Below are positions 30,602-40,623 of a DNA stretch of 64,000 nucleotides, piece after piece. This stretch comes from an uncultured delta proteobacterium (GTDB lineage Bacteria > Desulfobacterota > Syntrophia > Syntrophales > UBA2192). The position numbers and the translations under genes were made by a program. The DNA lies in contig CAVPJD010000024.1 in the NCBI GenBank assembly GCA_963705165.1, forward strand, positions 1 to 64,000. The letters run 5' to 3'. Under the pieces are notes generated by a model. The model searched no databases. It saw only the letters and a list, made by a program, of their open reading frames with translations, and had not been told where the DNA came from. Position 1 is the first letter of the stretch; each line of letters opens with the position of its first letter.

Positions 30602-31237
30602 CTAGAAGCGATACTTCAACCCCACCGTGATCATGTGGTTGGTGAGGTCCCCGTCGCCGGTATCGAAGCCATACGAACATTGGACGTAGCGATAGCCTAC
30701 GTCGATGGCCCACTGGGGATTGATCATAAAATCGGCCCCGAGGAGGAACTGCCAGGCGAAGTCGTTCGCCTCCTGGTTCAGGATTCGGGAGAGGGACCCC
30801 GTGCCCGAACCGGACGTTTCGCCCCAGGACCAGCCGATCCCCAGGCCGACATAGGGCTGGAACCAGTTGACGGGATACCGCAGTAATACATTCAGGAACA
30901 AGTTGTTCGTCGTGATGTCGCCGGAGTTGATCCTGGAGGCGCCCACCGCCTGGTTTTCGAAGTCGTTTGACGTGTAGAAATACTCCAGCTCCACGGCGAT
31001 ATACTGCATCTGGGGCAGGATATAGCCTCCTTTCAAGCCCGCCACATACCCGCTGTCGAGGCCGAGATCCCCGGATCCGGCGGACCCCCCGGACACCTCC
31101 AGGTCATTGGGGCTGGAATAACCGCCAAATACCCCCACGTAGCCGCCGCTTCCAGCCGCCGCTGCATTCCCTGCGGGAACAAGGAGCAGCAGGAAAGCGA
31201 CGATTGCCCAAAGCGCACATCCTGTCCACTTCTTCAT
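30602..31237 (-). CDS. Outer-membrane beta-barrel protein (porin/opacity-like)
   Basis: Signal peptide; PYVGLGIG, FAWQ; C-terminal GLKYRF. Confidence 0.85.
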   Translation of the reverse strand: MKKWTGCALWAIVAFLLLLVPAGNAAAAGSGGYVGVFGGYSSPNDLEVSGGSAGSGDLGLDSGYVAGLKGGYILPQMQYIAVELEYFYTSNDFENQAVGASRINSGDITTNNLFLNVLLRYPVNWFQPYVGLGIGWSWGETSGSGTGSLSRILNQEANDFAWQFLLGADFMINPQWAIDVGYRYVQCSYGFDTGDGDLTNHMITVGLKYRF

Positions 31238-31437
31238 CGCACGACCTCCTTTTCTGTGGGTTACGCTTCGATTGCCGTTAGCTGCTGCTCCCGGCGAGAC
31301 ATCCCTTGGAATTTCTGCAGCACGGTAAGCCAGGGTTCTGGAGCGATTTGAAGTTTCGGCAACGACGCATGGGATAGGGTAGTTCATGGGTAGGATAAAG
31401 GCAGCGAAAAGCCCTGTCAAGAAAAATACGGATCGCC

Positions 31438-32205
31438 TCAGCGCCTCCCGCTTTCCTGCCGGATTCGCTCCTCCAGCGCCTGCGCTCCCGTATCACCGAT
31501 GAGCGATTTCACGGTGCCGATGGCCCTCTCGTGTAGGTCCAGGATTTTAGATGCATGGGGGTTCCCCGCGATGATCTCCGCATAGAGCTGCGGGTGCGAG
31601 AAGAGATTCTCGACGGCCGCGAGCCTTGCCCGGAAAAGCGGTGTCGAGAAGCGCTCCAGTTCCTCCTGCGGAATCCCGGCCTCACGGATCGAAAGCCCCA
31701 GGACGAGCGTGTTCAGGTGATTGAGCGCCTGGACGACGGCCATGATCTCGTCGTGCCGCTCAGGCGTTGTCTCGATGAGATTCGCGCCCCCTTTCCCAAG
31801 TACATCCCGAACCCAGGGGGGCCACCTGTCGCCCCTTGCCGGGCACAGGACGATGTTCTGCCCTTCCAGGGACGGCACTCCCGGACCGAACAGCGGATGC
31901 AGGCCGATGACCTCCGAGGCCGATGCTTCCAGCATGGCCCGTACCGGCCCTGCCTTCAGGGACGTGAGGTCCATGAGAAGCGAGTCTTTGTTCATGTGCG
32001 GACCCACCTCCCGGATGACGGCTTGAGTCACCCCGATGGGAACGCTCACGATGACAACGGGGCAGGCCCCGGCCATCTCGGCAGGGCGAAGGCCCGTGTC
32101 GCGTCCCGAAACGTGGACAGGGTGTCCTTCCTTCTCGAAGAAGGCGGCAAACCAGCGGCCGATACCACTGACGCCCCCAATGATGCCGATGGGGAATTTT
32201 TCCAT
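31438..32205 (-). CDS. tyrA: Prephenate dehydrogenase
   Basis: GIIGGVSGIG, DLTSLK, GLHPLFGP, ERHDEIMAVVQ. Confidence 0.9.
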   Translation of the reverse strand: MEKFPIGIIGGVSGIGRWFAAFFEKEGHPVHVSGRDTGLRPAEMAGACPVVIVSVPIGVTQAVIREVGPHMNKDSLLMDLTSLKAGPVRAMLEASASEVIGLHPLFGPGVPSLEGQNIVLCPARGDRWPPWVRDVLGKGGANLIETTPERHDEIMAVVQALNHLNTLVLGLSIREAGIPQEELERFSTPLFRARLAAVENLFSHPQLYAEIIAGNPHASKILDLHERAIGTVKSLIGDTGAQALEERIRQESGRR

Positions 32206-32315
32206 ATTCTCCGTCTCTCTCCCTCCTTTTGAAAAGGAGGGCAGGGGAGGATTTGTCATTGGAAGAAAATCCCCCTCTATCCCCCTTTATAAAAAGGCGA
32301 TGATAAGAATGCGGT

Positions 32316-33368
32316 TCATCGCACAGCCTTCTGTCTCAGCAGATGATCCGCCAGGACCAGGCAGACCATGGCCTCGCAAACGGGGACGATGCGGGGGATG
32401 ACGCAGGCGTCGTGCCTGCCCCGCACCGTGATTTTTACCGGGTTTCCCCGGGCGTCGATAGTTTCCTGCTCCATGGCGATGGAGGCGATGGGTTTGCACG
32501 CCGCCCGGATCACGATCTCCTGCCCCGTCGTGATCCCCGCAAGCACTCCGCCCGAGTGATTGGTCTTGAACCCGCCGGGGCCGATGGGATCGTTGCACCG
32601 CGATCCTCTCATCCGCGCCGCCTCGAACCCGGCGCCGATCTCGACGCCCTTCACCGTCCCGATGCTCATGAGGGCCCCGGCCAGGTCAGCATCGATCTTG
32701 TCGAAGACGGGCTCTCCGAGCCCCGCCGGGCAGCCCGTGACGCGGATCTCCACGATGCCGCCGAGGCTGTCGCCCTCGACCCTCACCTCTTCCAGCTTCT
32801 GCTCCATCTGCTTTGCCGCCTCGGGGTCGGGGCACAGCAGGCGGTTTGCGCCGATGGCATCCCCCGACCAGGTCTCGATGCCGATGCCGCCCAGCTCCAC
32901 AGTGCAGCCCAGGACATGGAGCCCTTCGCGGGCGAGGAGCTTGCGGGCAACGGCGCCGGCGGCCACGCGGGCCGCCGTCTCGCGCCCCGATGCACGGCCG
33001 CCGCCAAGGGGATCCCGGATGCCGTATTTTTTCAGATAGGTGAAATCCCCGTGGCCGGGCCGGAAGACGTTTCGAAGATCGTCGTATGCCTCGCTGTCGG
33101 CGTCGCTGTTTCGGATGAGAAGAGCGATCGGTGTGCCCGTCGTTTCTCCTTCGAAGACCCCGGAGAGGATTTCCACGCGGTCTTCCTCTTTTCTTGACGT
33201 GGAAGCCTTGTGACCGCCCGGCTTGCGCCGATTGAGCTCCGCCTGGATGTCGGCCTCGCCGAGAGCGAGCCTCGGCGGGCAGCCGTCGATGACGGCCCCG
33301 ATGGCCTTCCCGTGCGATTCCCCGAACGTGGTGACCCTGAAGAGCACGCCGAAGGTGTTACCGGACAT
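32316..33368 (-). CDS. aroC: Chorismate synthase
   Basis: [29 protein letters not shown]. Confidence 0.96.
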   Translation of the reverse strand: MSGNTFGVLFRVTTFGESHGKAIGAVIDGCPPRLALGEADIQAELNRRKPGGHKASTSRKEEDRVEILSGVFEGETTGTPIALLIRNSDADSEAYDDLRNVFRPGHGDFTYLKKYGIRDPLGGGRASGRETAARVAAGAVARKLLAREGLHVLGCTVELGGIGIETWSGDAIGANRLLCPDPEAAKQMEQKLEEVRVEGDSLGGIVEIRVTGCPAGLGEPVFDKIDADLAGALMSIGTVKGVEIGAGFEAARMRGSRCNDPIGPGGFKTNHSGGVLAGITTGQEIVIRAACKPIASIAMEQETIDARGNPVKITVRGRHDACVIPRIVPVCEAMVCLVLADHLLRQKAVR

Positions 33369-33924
33369 CGGGCCTCCTCCTTTTCCGTTTATTTTCTGCT
33401 CCCATCAGATCGTCCTCCAGCCGCCCGGCGATCTCGGCCGCAATCCCGGCAGGATCCTTCCCTGCCGTGTCGACGACAACGTCGGCAACAGCCCTGTAAA
33501 CCGGCAGGCGCTTCGCCAGGACCTCTTCGACCTCAGCGAGCGTCCCGGCCCCGGTGAGCGATGGACGCTGAAGCGCGCCGCTGCGATCCCTGCTCATCCG
33601 AAGGGCCAGGATCCTTGCGTCGGCCCGGAGCCAGACGAGTTGGCCCCGTGCCCTGAGCATGGACACGTTGTCGGGATCCATGACGGCGCCGCCCCCTGCC
33701 GCGATGACGGCCTCGTCGAGGCCGGAGAGCTCCGAGATGACCGTTTTCTCCACCTCACGAAAGGCCTGCCAGCCGCTTGCCTCGACGATTTCCCGGACGG
33801 TCCTGCCTGTCTTGGCGAAGATCATCCGGTCCGTGTCGAAAAAAGGACGGCCCAAAAGCCTCGCCAGCTCCCGTCCTGCCGATGTCTTGCCGCTTGCGCG
33901 GTAACCGATCAAGATGATGTTCAT
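33358..33924 (-). CDS. aroK: Shikimate kinase
   Basis: [23 protein letters not shown]. Confidence 0.93.
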   Translation of the reverse strand: MNIILIGYRASGKTSAGRELARLLGRPFFDTDRMIFAKTGRTVREIVEASGWQAFREVEKTVISELSGLDEAVIAAGGGAVMDPDNVSMLRARGQLVWLRADARILALRMSRDRSGALQRPSLTGAGTLAEVEEVLAKRLPVYRAVADVVVDTAGKDPAGIAAEIAGRLEDDLMGAENKRKRRRPDVR

Positions 33925-33947
33925 ATAAAAACCCGATACCTTAATCT

Positions 33948-34122
33948 TCCTCTCCCTTGAGGGGAGAGGATCGAGGTGAGGGTGATGGTTCGTCGTTCGT
34001 CAGGCTCACGATGACTGCTCACCATGGCAAAAGTAAATGTCATCCTGAGCGCCTGTCCTGAGTCCATCGAAGGATGTCGAAGGACACCCTCCCCTTCATC
34101 CCCTCCCGTCAAGGGAGGGGAG
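33948..34122. repeat. Cluster of palindromic repeats between aroA and aroK
   Basis: cctctcccttgaggggagagg..ggtgaggg; ttcgtcaggctcac / gtcatcctgagc..gtcgaagga; ccctccccttcatcccctcccgtcaagggagggg. Confidence 0.7.
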
Positions 34123-34142
34123 ATTGTTGGCTGGTCAGGATA

Positions 34143-35424
34143 TCACGGTGTCTGATACAGCTTCCCCAACTCCTCCCAGAACCCCGGGAAGGACTTCCCG
34201 ACACAGTCCGGGTTGCGGATCCGCATGCCGGGGACACAGAGCCCCAGCACGGCAAAGCTCATGGCGATCCGGTGATCGTTGTAGGTCTCGATCTCGGCTC
34301 CGCGCGGCGTGCCTCCCGTGATGACGAGACCGTCATCGGTTTCCTCGGCCCGGATGCCCGTCTTCGCAAGCTCCGTCACGAGTGCCTCCAGGCGGTTGCT
34401 CTCCTTGATGCGAAGGTGCGCCACATTGCGGATGATGGTCCGCCCCGGGCGCAGGGCCGCAAGGACGGCAAGGGTGGGCACCATGTCGGGCAGATCCTCC
34501 ATGGAGGCCGTGAAATCGCCCTCGATGAGCCTTCCCCCCGAAACTTCGATCCACCGGTCCGTGGCCGTAACGCCGCAGCCGAGCTCTTTGAGATACCGGA
34601 GGAATCGCACATCGCCCTGGTGCGTCCAGAAGTTCGTGTTTGTGACCCGGACGGTTCCGCCGCTTAGAGGCCGCCGCAAGGAAAAAATAGGACGCGCTCG
34701 ACAGATCCCCCTCGACGAGGTAGCGGCATCCCCGGTAGCGATGCCCGCTCTTTACGGAAAACTGATTCTCGTCATGCTTCTCCACGGGGACCCCGAAGGC
34801 TTTCATCACCGCCCGGGTCATCTCCACATAGGGGCGTGACACGGCGGAGCCGCGGATCTCGATCTCCACGTCCCCTGCTGCATAAGGCGCCGCGATCAGG
34901 ATCGAGGAGACATACTGGCTGCTCTCGATGTCCCGGAACATGACCCGCCCGCCCCGAAGCGTGCCGCCGTGGACGGTGACAGGAGGAAAGCCGCCGGTGT
35001 GCCGGCAGGTACTGGACACCCCGAGGCTCCGGATCCCCTCGAGCAGCGGCTGCAGGGGTCTCTCGCACAGGCGCGGGTCGCCCGTCAGGGTGATGTCGCC
35101 CGACCCGAGGGCCGCGACGCTGACAAGAAACCGCATGGCCGTCCCGTTGTTCCCCAGGTAGAGTTCCATGCCGGGGTTTTGGATGCGCCCGCCCGTTCCC
35201 GTGACGATCATGTCCCTGTCCGAGGTGACGATCCCGGCACCCAGACGCCGGAGGCTCTCCACGAGAACCTGCGTGTCTTCCGAGACGAGCGTGTTTCGCA
35301 GGATCGACTTCCCCTTGGCAAGCGACGCAATGACGAGGGCCCGCTGGGTGTAGCTCTTGGAGCCGGGAACCTGCAACTCGGCATTCACGCGCTTGAGCGG
35401 CCTGATTTCCTTTATTTCGGTCAT
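34143..35424 (-). CDS. aroA: EPSP synthase, frameshifted near 34670 (error or pseudogene)
   Basis: PGSKSYTQR, GNNGTAMRF, SSQYVS, EGDLSSASYF in one frame; LRIKESNR, DHRIAMSF in another. Confidence 0.9.
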
Positions 35425-35519
35425 CTTTTCATCCCCGGCTTGTCGACTTTGCGCCCTTCCCTGTACCCTGTACCGGAAAAGGCATGGGATCAATTCACCC
35501 TCACCCCGACCCTCTCCCC

Positions 35520-36389
35520 TCAAGGGAGAGGGAGATCAGGGTCTGGGTCCTCAGAACTCGTTACTCGTACCTTCAGACCCTGTCTTTCCAAGGTCGTCTT
35601 CACCACCCGGGACATCAGTTCGACCGGAGGCTCGAGTCCCGTCCAGATGCGGATCTGCTCCGCCCCCTGGCGGACGAACATGGAAAGCCCCGTGATCACA
35701 CCGCACCCGGCCGCCCTTGCCTCCCGCAGCAGGCGCGTCTCGAGAGGGTTGTAGATCGTCTCCACGACCCATCGGAACCGGGCCAGGTACCGCCGATCGA
35801 CGGGGGTCTCATCCATAAGCGGGCGCATCCCGACGGGGGTTGCGTTGATGAGCACCTCGGCCTCCACCGTGCCCAGATGGGCCAGCGGCTGCGCGCCGCA
35901 CCCGAACCATCTTGCCAGGGATTCGGCCCTGTCGAGGCTGCGGGCAAAGACAATCGGAACGCCTCCCTCTCTCAGAATGCCGTAGACGGCGGCCCGTGCG
36001 GCGCCGCCTGCGCCCAGCACGGCAACGGTCTTCCCTTCCAGGGGAAATTGCTCCTGCATGGCTGCGGTGAGGCCCGTCCAGTCCGTGTTGGAGCCCCGAA
36101 GCCTTCCGCCTTCGTTTTTAATCGTGTTGACGGCGCCGATGGCGCTGGCATCCTCGTCCACCTCGTCGAGGAAGTCCATGACGGCGCCCTTCACGGGAAG
36201 GGTCACGCTCACGCCGGCAAGCGGCTTCTCACGGATCATCCGGATCGAGAGCTCCAGGTTCTCCACGCAGTGCGCCTCGTAGCGGGCACGGATTCCCATG
36301 GCCCCGAAAGCCGCGTTGATCATCAGCGGCGAGAGACTGTGCCCCACGGGGTTGCCGAAGAGGGCGTATTGTCGAATGCTTTCCTTCAC
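35520..36389 (-). CDS. aroE: Shikimate dehydrogenase
   Basis: GNPVGHSLSP, GAVNT, NTD, GAGGAARA, NATPVGM. Confidence 0.95.
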   Translation of the reverse strand: MKESIRQYALFGNPVGHSLSPLMINAAFGAMGIRARYEAHCVENLELSIRMIREKPLAGVSVTLPVKGAVMDFLDEVDEDASAIGAVNTIKNEGGRLRGSNTDWTGLTAAMQEQFPLEGKTVAVLGAGGAARAAVYGILREGGVPIVFARSLDRAESLARWFGCGAQPLAHLGTVEAEVLINATPVGMRPLMDETPVDRRYLARFRWVVETIYNPLETRLLREARAAGCGVITGLSMFVRQGAEQIRIWTGLEPPVELMSRVVKTTLERQGLKVRVTSSEDPDPDLPLP

Positions 36390-37072
36390 GACGACTCCTG
36401 TAAGATCCCCAGAATCGTTTTCATCTCCCCCGCCGTCAGTTGTCCCGGCGCCGATTCAGCCCCATCCTCGAGACTCGCATAGCTCATGCAGGATCCCAGC
36501 AACGGCGCCGCCACGCGGCTCAGGCGCCCCTTTGCGCCCATGCAGAACGCAATGATGTCCTGTCCCACGCCCAGGGCCTGCGGGATGAGTTCCAGCACTC
36601 TCAGGTTGTCCTCTGCCGCCTGTGCCAGGGTGACGATCTTCACGATGTCGGCCCCGAGAAGGCGGCAGGCCTTGAGCCTTTTCATCAGGGTTTGCCGGGA
36701 AGGGGTTCCCTTGAGATCGTGATGGGAGACGATAAGCCCCGTTTTGCCTTTCTTCGCGCGGATCGCCTTGCCCAGTCTGCCCACGGCCGCAGCACCCGTT
36801 CGCGCCTCGATATCCACATAGCGTGCGCCCAGATCGACCGCCTCGCGAAGCAGCGCCGTGCGCTTGTCTTCGCATCTCGCAAAGAATCCTCCCTCGTCCC
36901 TGCGGCGGTTTGTCACCAGGATCCTTTCCTTCCCGGCGTGAAGGAGCAGGGGCAGGTCAGGTTCACCGATGCGGTCGATCCGCAATTCGACGAGATCCGC
37001 CGCGGGCAGCGCCCGCGCGAGCAGGCACAGGGCCTCCTCGTTCGTTTCGGGCACGATGGATATGCAGATCAT
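36386..37072 (-). CDS. aroD: Type I 3-dehydroquinate dehydratase
   Basis: VELRID, EGG, IVSHHD, DIVKIV, MGAKGRLSR, APGQ. Confidence 0.93.
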   Translation of the reverse strand: MICISIVPETNEEALCLLARALPAADLVELRIDRIGEPDLPLLLHAGKERILVTNRRRDEGGFFARCEDKRTALLREAVDLGARYVDIEARTGAAAVGRLGKAIRAKKGKTGLIVSHHDLKGTPSRQTLMKRLKACRLLGADIVKIVTLAQAAEDNLRVLELIPQALGVGQDIIAFCMGAKGRLSRVAAPLLGSCMSYASLEDGAESAPGQLTAGEMKTILGILQESS

Positions 37073-38151
37073 GGTTTCTCCGCCTCCCCGGGGTAGGACC
37101 CCAGAACCTTGAGAAAAGCCGTCTTGCGTTGCAGTTTTCGAAGACCGTCCTTCACCGGTCTGCTCGTCCGAATGACCCTCGATGATCGATGAAGAAGAGA
37201 TACCGCCACATCCGATCCCGCGCCGGGTGGGATTCGATGCGCAGCAGGTTGATCCCCGCCGTTGCAAACGGCTCGAGCGCGGCGTGCAGGGCCCCCGGCC
37301 GGTGTTGCGTCGAGAAGAGGATCGACGTCTTGTCCCGCCCCGTCGGGCTGTTGGATCCTCTGCCGATGACGATGAAGCGTGTCGTGTTGGCCGGGTGATC
37401 CTCGATGCCTTCCTCGACGATGGGAAGCCCGTGGATTTCCGAGGCGAGGCGGCTGCCGATTGCGGCGGCCTCCCGGTCCTGCAAGGGCCCGCAGCACGGC
37501 CGCCGAGGTGCTCTCCGTCTCGACGGGGACCGCCCGGGGAAGATTCCTCGCCAGCCACTGCCGGCACTGGGCCAGCGCCTGAGGATGGGAGTAGACCCGT
37601 CGGATTTTCGCCTTTGTTCCCCGGGCCATGAGACAGTGGGAGATGCGCAGGAAGATCTCGCCCCGGATCGAAAGCGGCGTTGCGATCAGCCTCTCGAGGG
37701 TGACCCTCACGGGCCCCTCCACCGAGTTTTCCAGCGGGACGACACCGAGGTCGGCCTTTTGTTTTTCCGCAGCGTCGAAGACCGCGCCGATCGTCTCCTG
37801 CGGCGCCATGCGGGCGCTTCCTCCGAAGCGATCGAGGGCCGCCAGGTGGGCAAACGAGCCTTCAGGTCCCAGGCAGGCCACCGCGAGAGGCGCCTGGAGC
37901 GCCCGCGACGACGACAGGATTTCCCGGTAGATGTGCCCCAGGGTCTCGACGGCGAGGGGACCCTCGTTGAGGGCTGCGATTTCATTCAGGACGCGTGACT
38001 CCTGGGCGGGGTCGTAAACGCCGATCCCCTCCTGCCCCTTGATCTTCCCGACTTCCAGGGACAGGCGGGCGCGCTCGTTGAGAAGACTCACGATGTCGCG
38101 GTCCTTGTGACGGATCTCGCGCCGGATGTTCTCGATGCCCGTTTTCTTCAT
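37069..38151 (-). CDS. pheA: Chorismate mutase/prephenate dehydratase with two compensating frameshifts (about 37485 and 37180)
   Basis: LLNERA, LGPEGS, PLENSVEG, YSHPQALAQC; NTTRF and IESHP in the shifted frame 37152-37484; KVLGSYP. Confidence 0.9.
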   Translation of the reverse strand: MKKTGIENIRREIRHKDRDIVSLLNERARLSLEVGKIKGQEGIGVYDPAQESRVLNEIAALNEGPLAVETLGHIYREILSSSRALQAPLAVACLGPEGSFAHLAALDRFGGSARMAPQETIGAVFDAAEKQKADLGVVPLENSVEGPVRVTLERLIATPLSIRGEIFLRISHCLMARGTKAKIRRVYSHPQALAQCRQWLARNLPRAVPVETESTSAAVLRALAGPGGRRNRQPPRLGNPRASHRRGRHRGSPGQHDTLHRHRQRIQQPDGAGQDVDPLLDATPAGGPARRARAVCNGGDQPAAHRIPPGAGSDVAVSLLHRSSRVIRTSRPVKDGLRKLQRKTAFLKVLGSYPGEAEKP

Positions 38152-39242
38152 GCCTTGAGTGCCTCGATGGTTTGCTCTACGAGCTCCAGCGGAACGCCGC
38201 CGTTGATAAAGGGCATGCCGGGTTTGCGCAGAAGGACAAAGTGGATCTTGCCGCCCGCCTTCTTCTTGTCCGCCGCCAAATGCGACAGGATGCGCGCCGT
38301 ATCCAGGCTCTGCGGGATCCGGACGGGAAGGCCCGCCCGCCCGATTGCGGTAACGACCCGCTCCCGGTCCACGGCGGAGAGGTAGCGCTGGCTCTCCGAG
38401 ATGAGCGTGGCGGCTACCATGCCCATGGCCACCGCCTCGCCGTGCGCAATGGCATATTGCGATTCGGCCTCTATGGCGTGGCCTACAGTGTGGCCGAAGT
38501 TGAGGATGCGGCGCAACCCTTTTTCCGTCTCGTCGACCTCGACGACACCCTTCTTGATCCGGCAGGACGTGGAGACGAGGCGCTCCAGGAGGGCGGGATC
38601 CCTGGCCTGCAGAGCCTCGGTCCCTTCCTCGATGGCCTCCAGGAGTTCGGGGTCCTCGATGATCCCGTACTTCACGATCTCCGCCAGTCCGTTGGTGAAC
38701 TCCCTGGCCGGAAGCGTGTCGAGGAAGGCCAGGTCGATGAAGACGGCCCGCGGCTGCAGGAAGGTGCCCAGCATGTTCTTTCCCGCCGGGAGATCGACGC
38801 CGGTCTTTCCCCCGATCGAGCTGTCCACCTGGGCAAGAAGCGTCGTGGGAATCTGCACACAGGGGATGCCCCGCATGTAGATGGAGGCGACAAAACCCGC
38901 CACATCGCCCACGACCCCGCCGCCCAGGGCGATCAGGCCCGATGTCCGGTCGGCGCCTGACTCCAGCAGGCGCCCCGCCATCTCCACGCAGGTGCCGATG
39001 GTTTTCGAGGCCTCGCCGGCAGGAAAGGCGATCGTTTCGACGGCAAGCCCGTTTTCGCGCAGCACGCCGAGGACCCTCTCCCCGTGGAGAGCCGACACGT
39101 TGTCGTCCGTCACGACGAACCAGCGGGAGGCCCCACCGTTCTTGGTGAGGACAGGGGCGACCCGGTCGAGGATGTGGCAGCCGATGTGGATGTCGTAGGA
39201 GGCGTTGAGCCGCCTGTCGAGATTCACCCTGATCCGGTTCAT
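38148..39242 (-). CDS. aroB: 3-dehydroquinate synthase
   Basis: GEASK, GGGVVGD, PTTLLAQVDSSIGGKT, LNFGHTVGHA. Confidence 0.96.
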   Translation of the reverse strand: MNRIRVNLDRRLNASYDIHIGCHILDRVAPVLTKNGGASRWFVVTDDNVSALHGERVLGVLRENGLAVETIAFPAGEASKTIGTCVEMAGRLLESGADRTSGLIALGGGVVGDVAGFVASIYMRGIPCVQIPTTLLAQVDSSIGGKTGVDLPAGKNMLGTFLQPRAVFIDLAFLDTLPAREFTNGLAEIVKYGIIEDPELLEAIEEGTEALQARDPALLERLVSTSCRIKKGVVEVDETEKGLRRILNFGHTVGHAIEAESQYAIAHGEAVAMGMVAATLISESQRYLSAVDRERVVTAIGRAGLPVRIPQSLDTARILSHLAADKKKAGGKIHFVLLRKPGMPFINGGVPLELVEQTIEALKA

Positions 39243-40267
39243 GACGGCACCCTCTGCATCCGCTGCATGGCGGTCTCGAGCACCGCAAGATCTTCCATGA
39301 GCTGGTATAATTTCTCGGGCTTCAGGGACTGCATCCCGTCGGAGACGGCCTTTTCGGGCTCGGGGTGGACCTCGACGATGATCCCGTCGGCCCCCACGGC
39401 GACGGCCGCCCGGGCCAGGGGCGCCACGTACTTCCAGTGGCCCGCCGCGTGGCTCGGGTCCACGATCACCGGAAGGTGGGAGAGCTCCTTGAGGACGACA
39501 ACGGCCGAGAGATCCAGGGTGTTTCGCGTGGCCGTCTCGAAGGTGCGGATCCCCCGCTCGCAGAGGATGACCTGGCTGTTGCCCTCGGAGAGGATGTACT
39601 CGGCCGACATGAGGAGCTCCTCGATCGTCATCATCATCCCCCGCTTGAGCAGGACGGGCTTGCGCGCCTGGCCCACAGCCTTCAGGAGCGCGAAGTTCTG
39701 GGCGTTGCGCGCGCCGACCTGGAAGATGTCGGCGTAGGCCTCCACGAGATCCACGTCGGCGGGATTTACGACCTCCGTCACGATGGGAAGCCCCGTATGC
39801 TCGCGGACCTTCTTCAGGAGCTTGAGCCCCTCTTCTTCCAGGCCTTGGAAACTGTAGGGCGAGGTCCGGGGTTTGAAGGCGCCGCCCCGGAGGATATGGG
39901 CGCCGGCCTTCTTTGCCACCCAGGCGCATTCCATGAGCTGCTCCTCCGTCTCGACGGCACAGGGCCCCGCCATGACGATGAACCGCGGCCCGCCGATCGC
40001 GAGTTCGCCCACGCGGACGATCGTATCGGCTTCCCGGAATTCGCGGCTGGCAAGCTTGTAGGGCTTGAGTATGGGCACCACGATCTCCACCCCCGGCAGG
40101 TGGGCAACGGATTTGATCTGCTCGCGGCCCCGGGCATCCCCCACGGCGCCGATGATCGTCTTCTCCGTCCCTCGGGAGAGGTGAGCCCGGTACCCGACAG
40201 ACTCGATCCACTCGACAACCCGGTCGACCTGTCCGTCCGTTGCGTTTTTCTTCATCACGATGATCAT
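39239..40267 (-). CDS. aroF: DAHP synthase type I-beta with N-terminal regulatory domain
   Basis: AGPCAVE, GGAFKPRTSPYSFQG, LKRG, CERGIRTFE, DPSH. Confidence 0.95.
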   Translation of the reverse strand: MIIVMKKNATDGQVDRVVEWIESVGYRAHLSRGTEKTIIGAVGDARGREQIKSVAHLPGVEIVVPILKPYKLASREFREADTIVRVGELAIGGPRFIVMAGPCAVETEEQLMECAWVAKKAGAHILRGGAFKPRTSPYSFQGLEEEGLKLLKKVREHTGLPIVTEVVNPADVDLVEAYADIFQVGARNAQNFALLKAVGQARKPVLLKRGMMMTIEELLMSAEYILSEGNSQVILCERGIRTFETATRNTLDLSAVVVLKELSHLPVIVDPSHAAGHWKYVAPLARAAVAVGADGIIVEVHPEPEKAVSDGMQSLKPEKLYQLMEDLAVLETAMQRMQRVPS

Positions 40268-40286
40268 AATTGCAGTACCTCCAATG

Positions 40287-40376
40287 AAAAAGGCCATGAT
40301 GGCTGTCGCCCCCATGGCCCTCCTCGATGAAAACAAAAAAGCCATGGGCAGCGTCTTTCGATCTACCCATGGCTTC
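40287..40376 (-). terminator. Two tandem attenuator terminators of the aro leader
   Basis: aagccatggg...cccatggc plus U-run (40376-40330); ggccatg...catggcc plus U-run (40320-40287). Confidence 0.8.
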
Positions 40377-40404
40377 GGTTTGGCTTATTCTTTCGTGCTT
40401 AAGT

Positions 40405-40494
40405 CTAAGTCCTCCTCAGCGACGGGCAGACCTGTCCGTAAAAATAATAGGTGCTAAACCAGAAGCCAAAATTACGGAGTTTCAGTCTTTCCAT
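40405..40494 (-). CDS. Aromatic amino-acid leader peptide MERLKLRNFGFWFSTYYFYGQVCPSLRRT
   Basis: 29-aa ORF with 4 Phe, 1 Trp and 3 Tyr within 11 codons, upstream of terminators and aroF. Confidence 0.85.
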   Translation of the reverse strand: MERLKLRNFGFWFSTYYFYGQVCPSLRRT

Positions 40495-40522
40495 CACAAA
40501 GGTTTCCTTCAAAAAGTGGCCC

Positions 40523-40551
40523 ATGAAAACACGATCGGGCGCCCCTGTCAA
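40523..40551 (-). promoter_or_regulatory. Sigma70-like promoter of the aro leader
   Basis: TTGACA-N17-TTTCAT with TG upstream of the -10. Confidence 0.55.
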
Positions 40552-40623
40552 CAGAAATTTTCCGCCATGCCGCCGAGGGACCACCAAAACCATTGCGGGA
40601 CGGGCATTTACAGGCACGCCGGA

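Noticed and set aside
34143..35424. Programmed frameshifting in aroA
   Set aside because: No clear slippery site with stimulator; scattered single indels elsewhere point to sequencing error
37069..40370. 739- and 740-aa ORFs suggesting large aro fusions
   Set aside because: Off-frame N-terminal run-ins; real starts are 38151 (pheA) and 39242 (aroB) with ATGA overlaps
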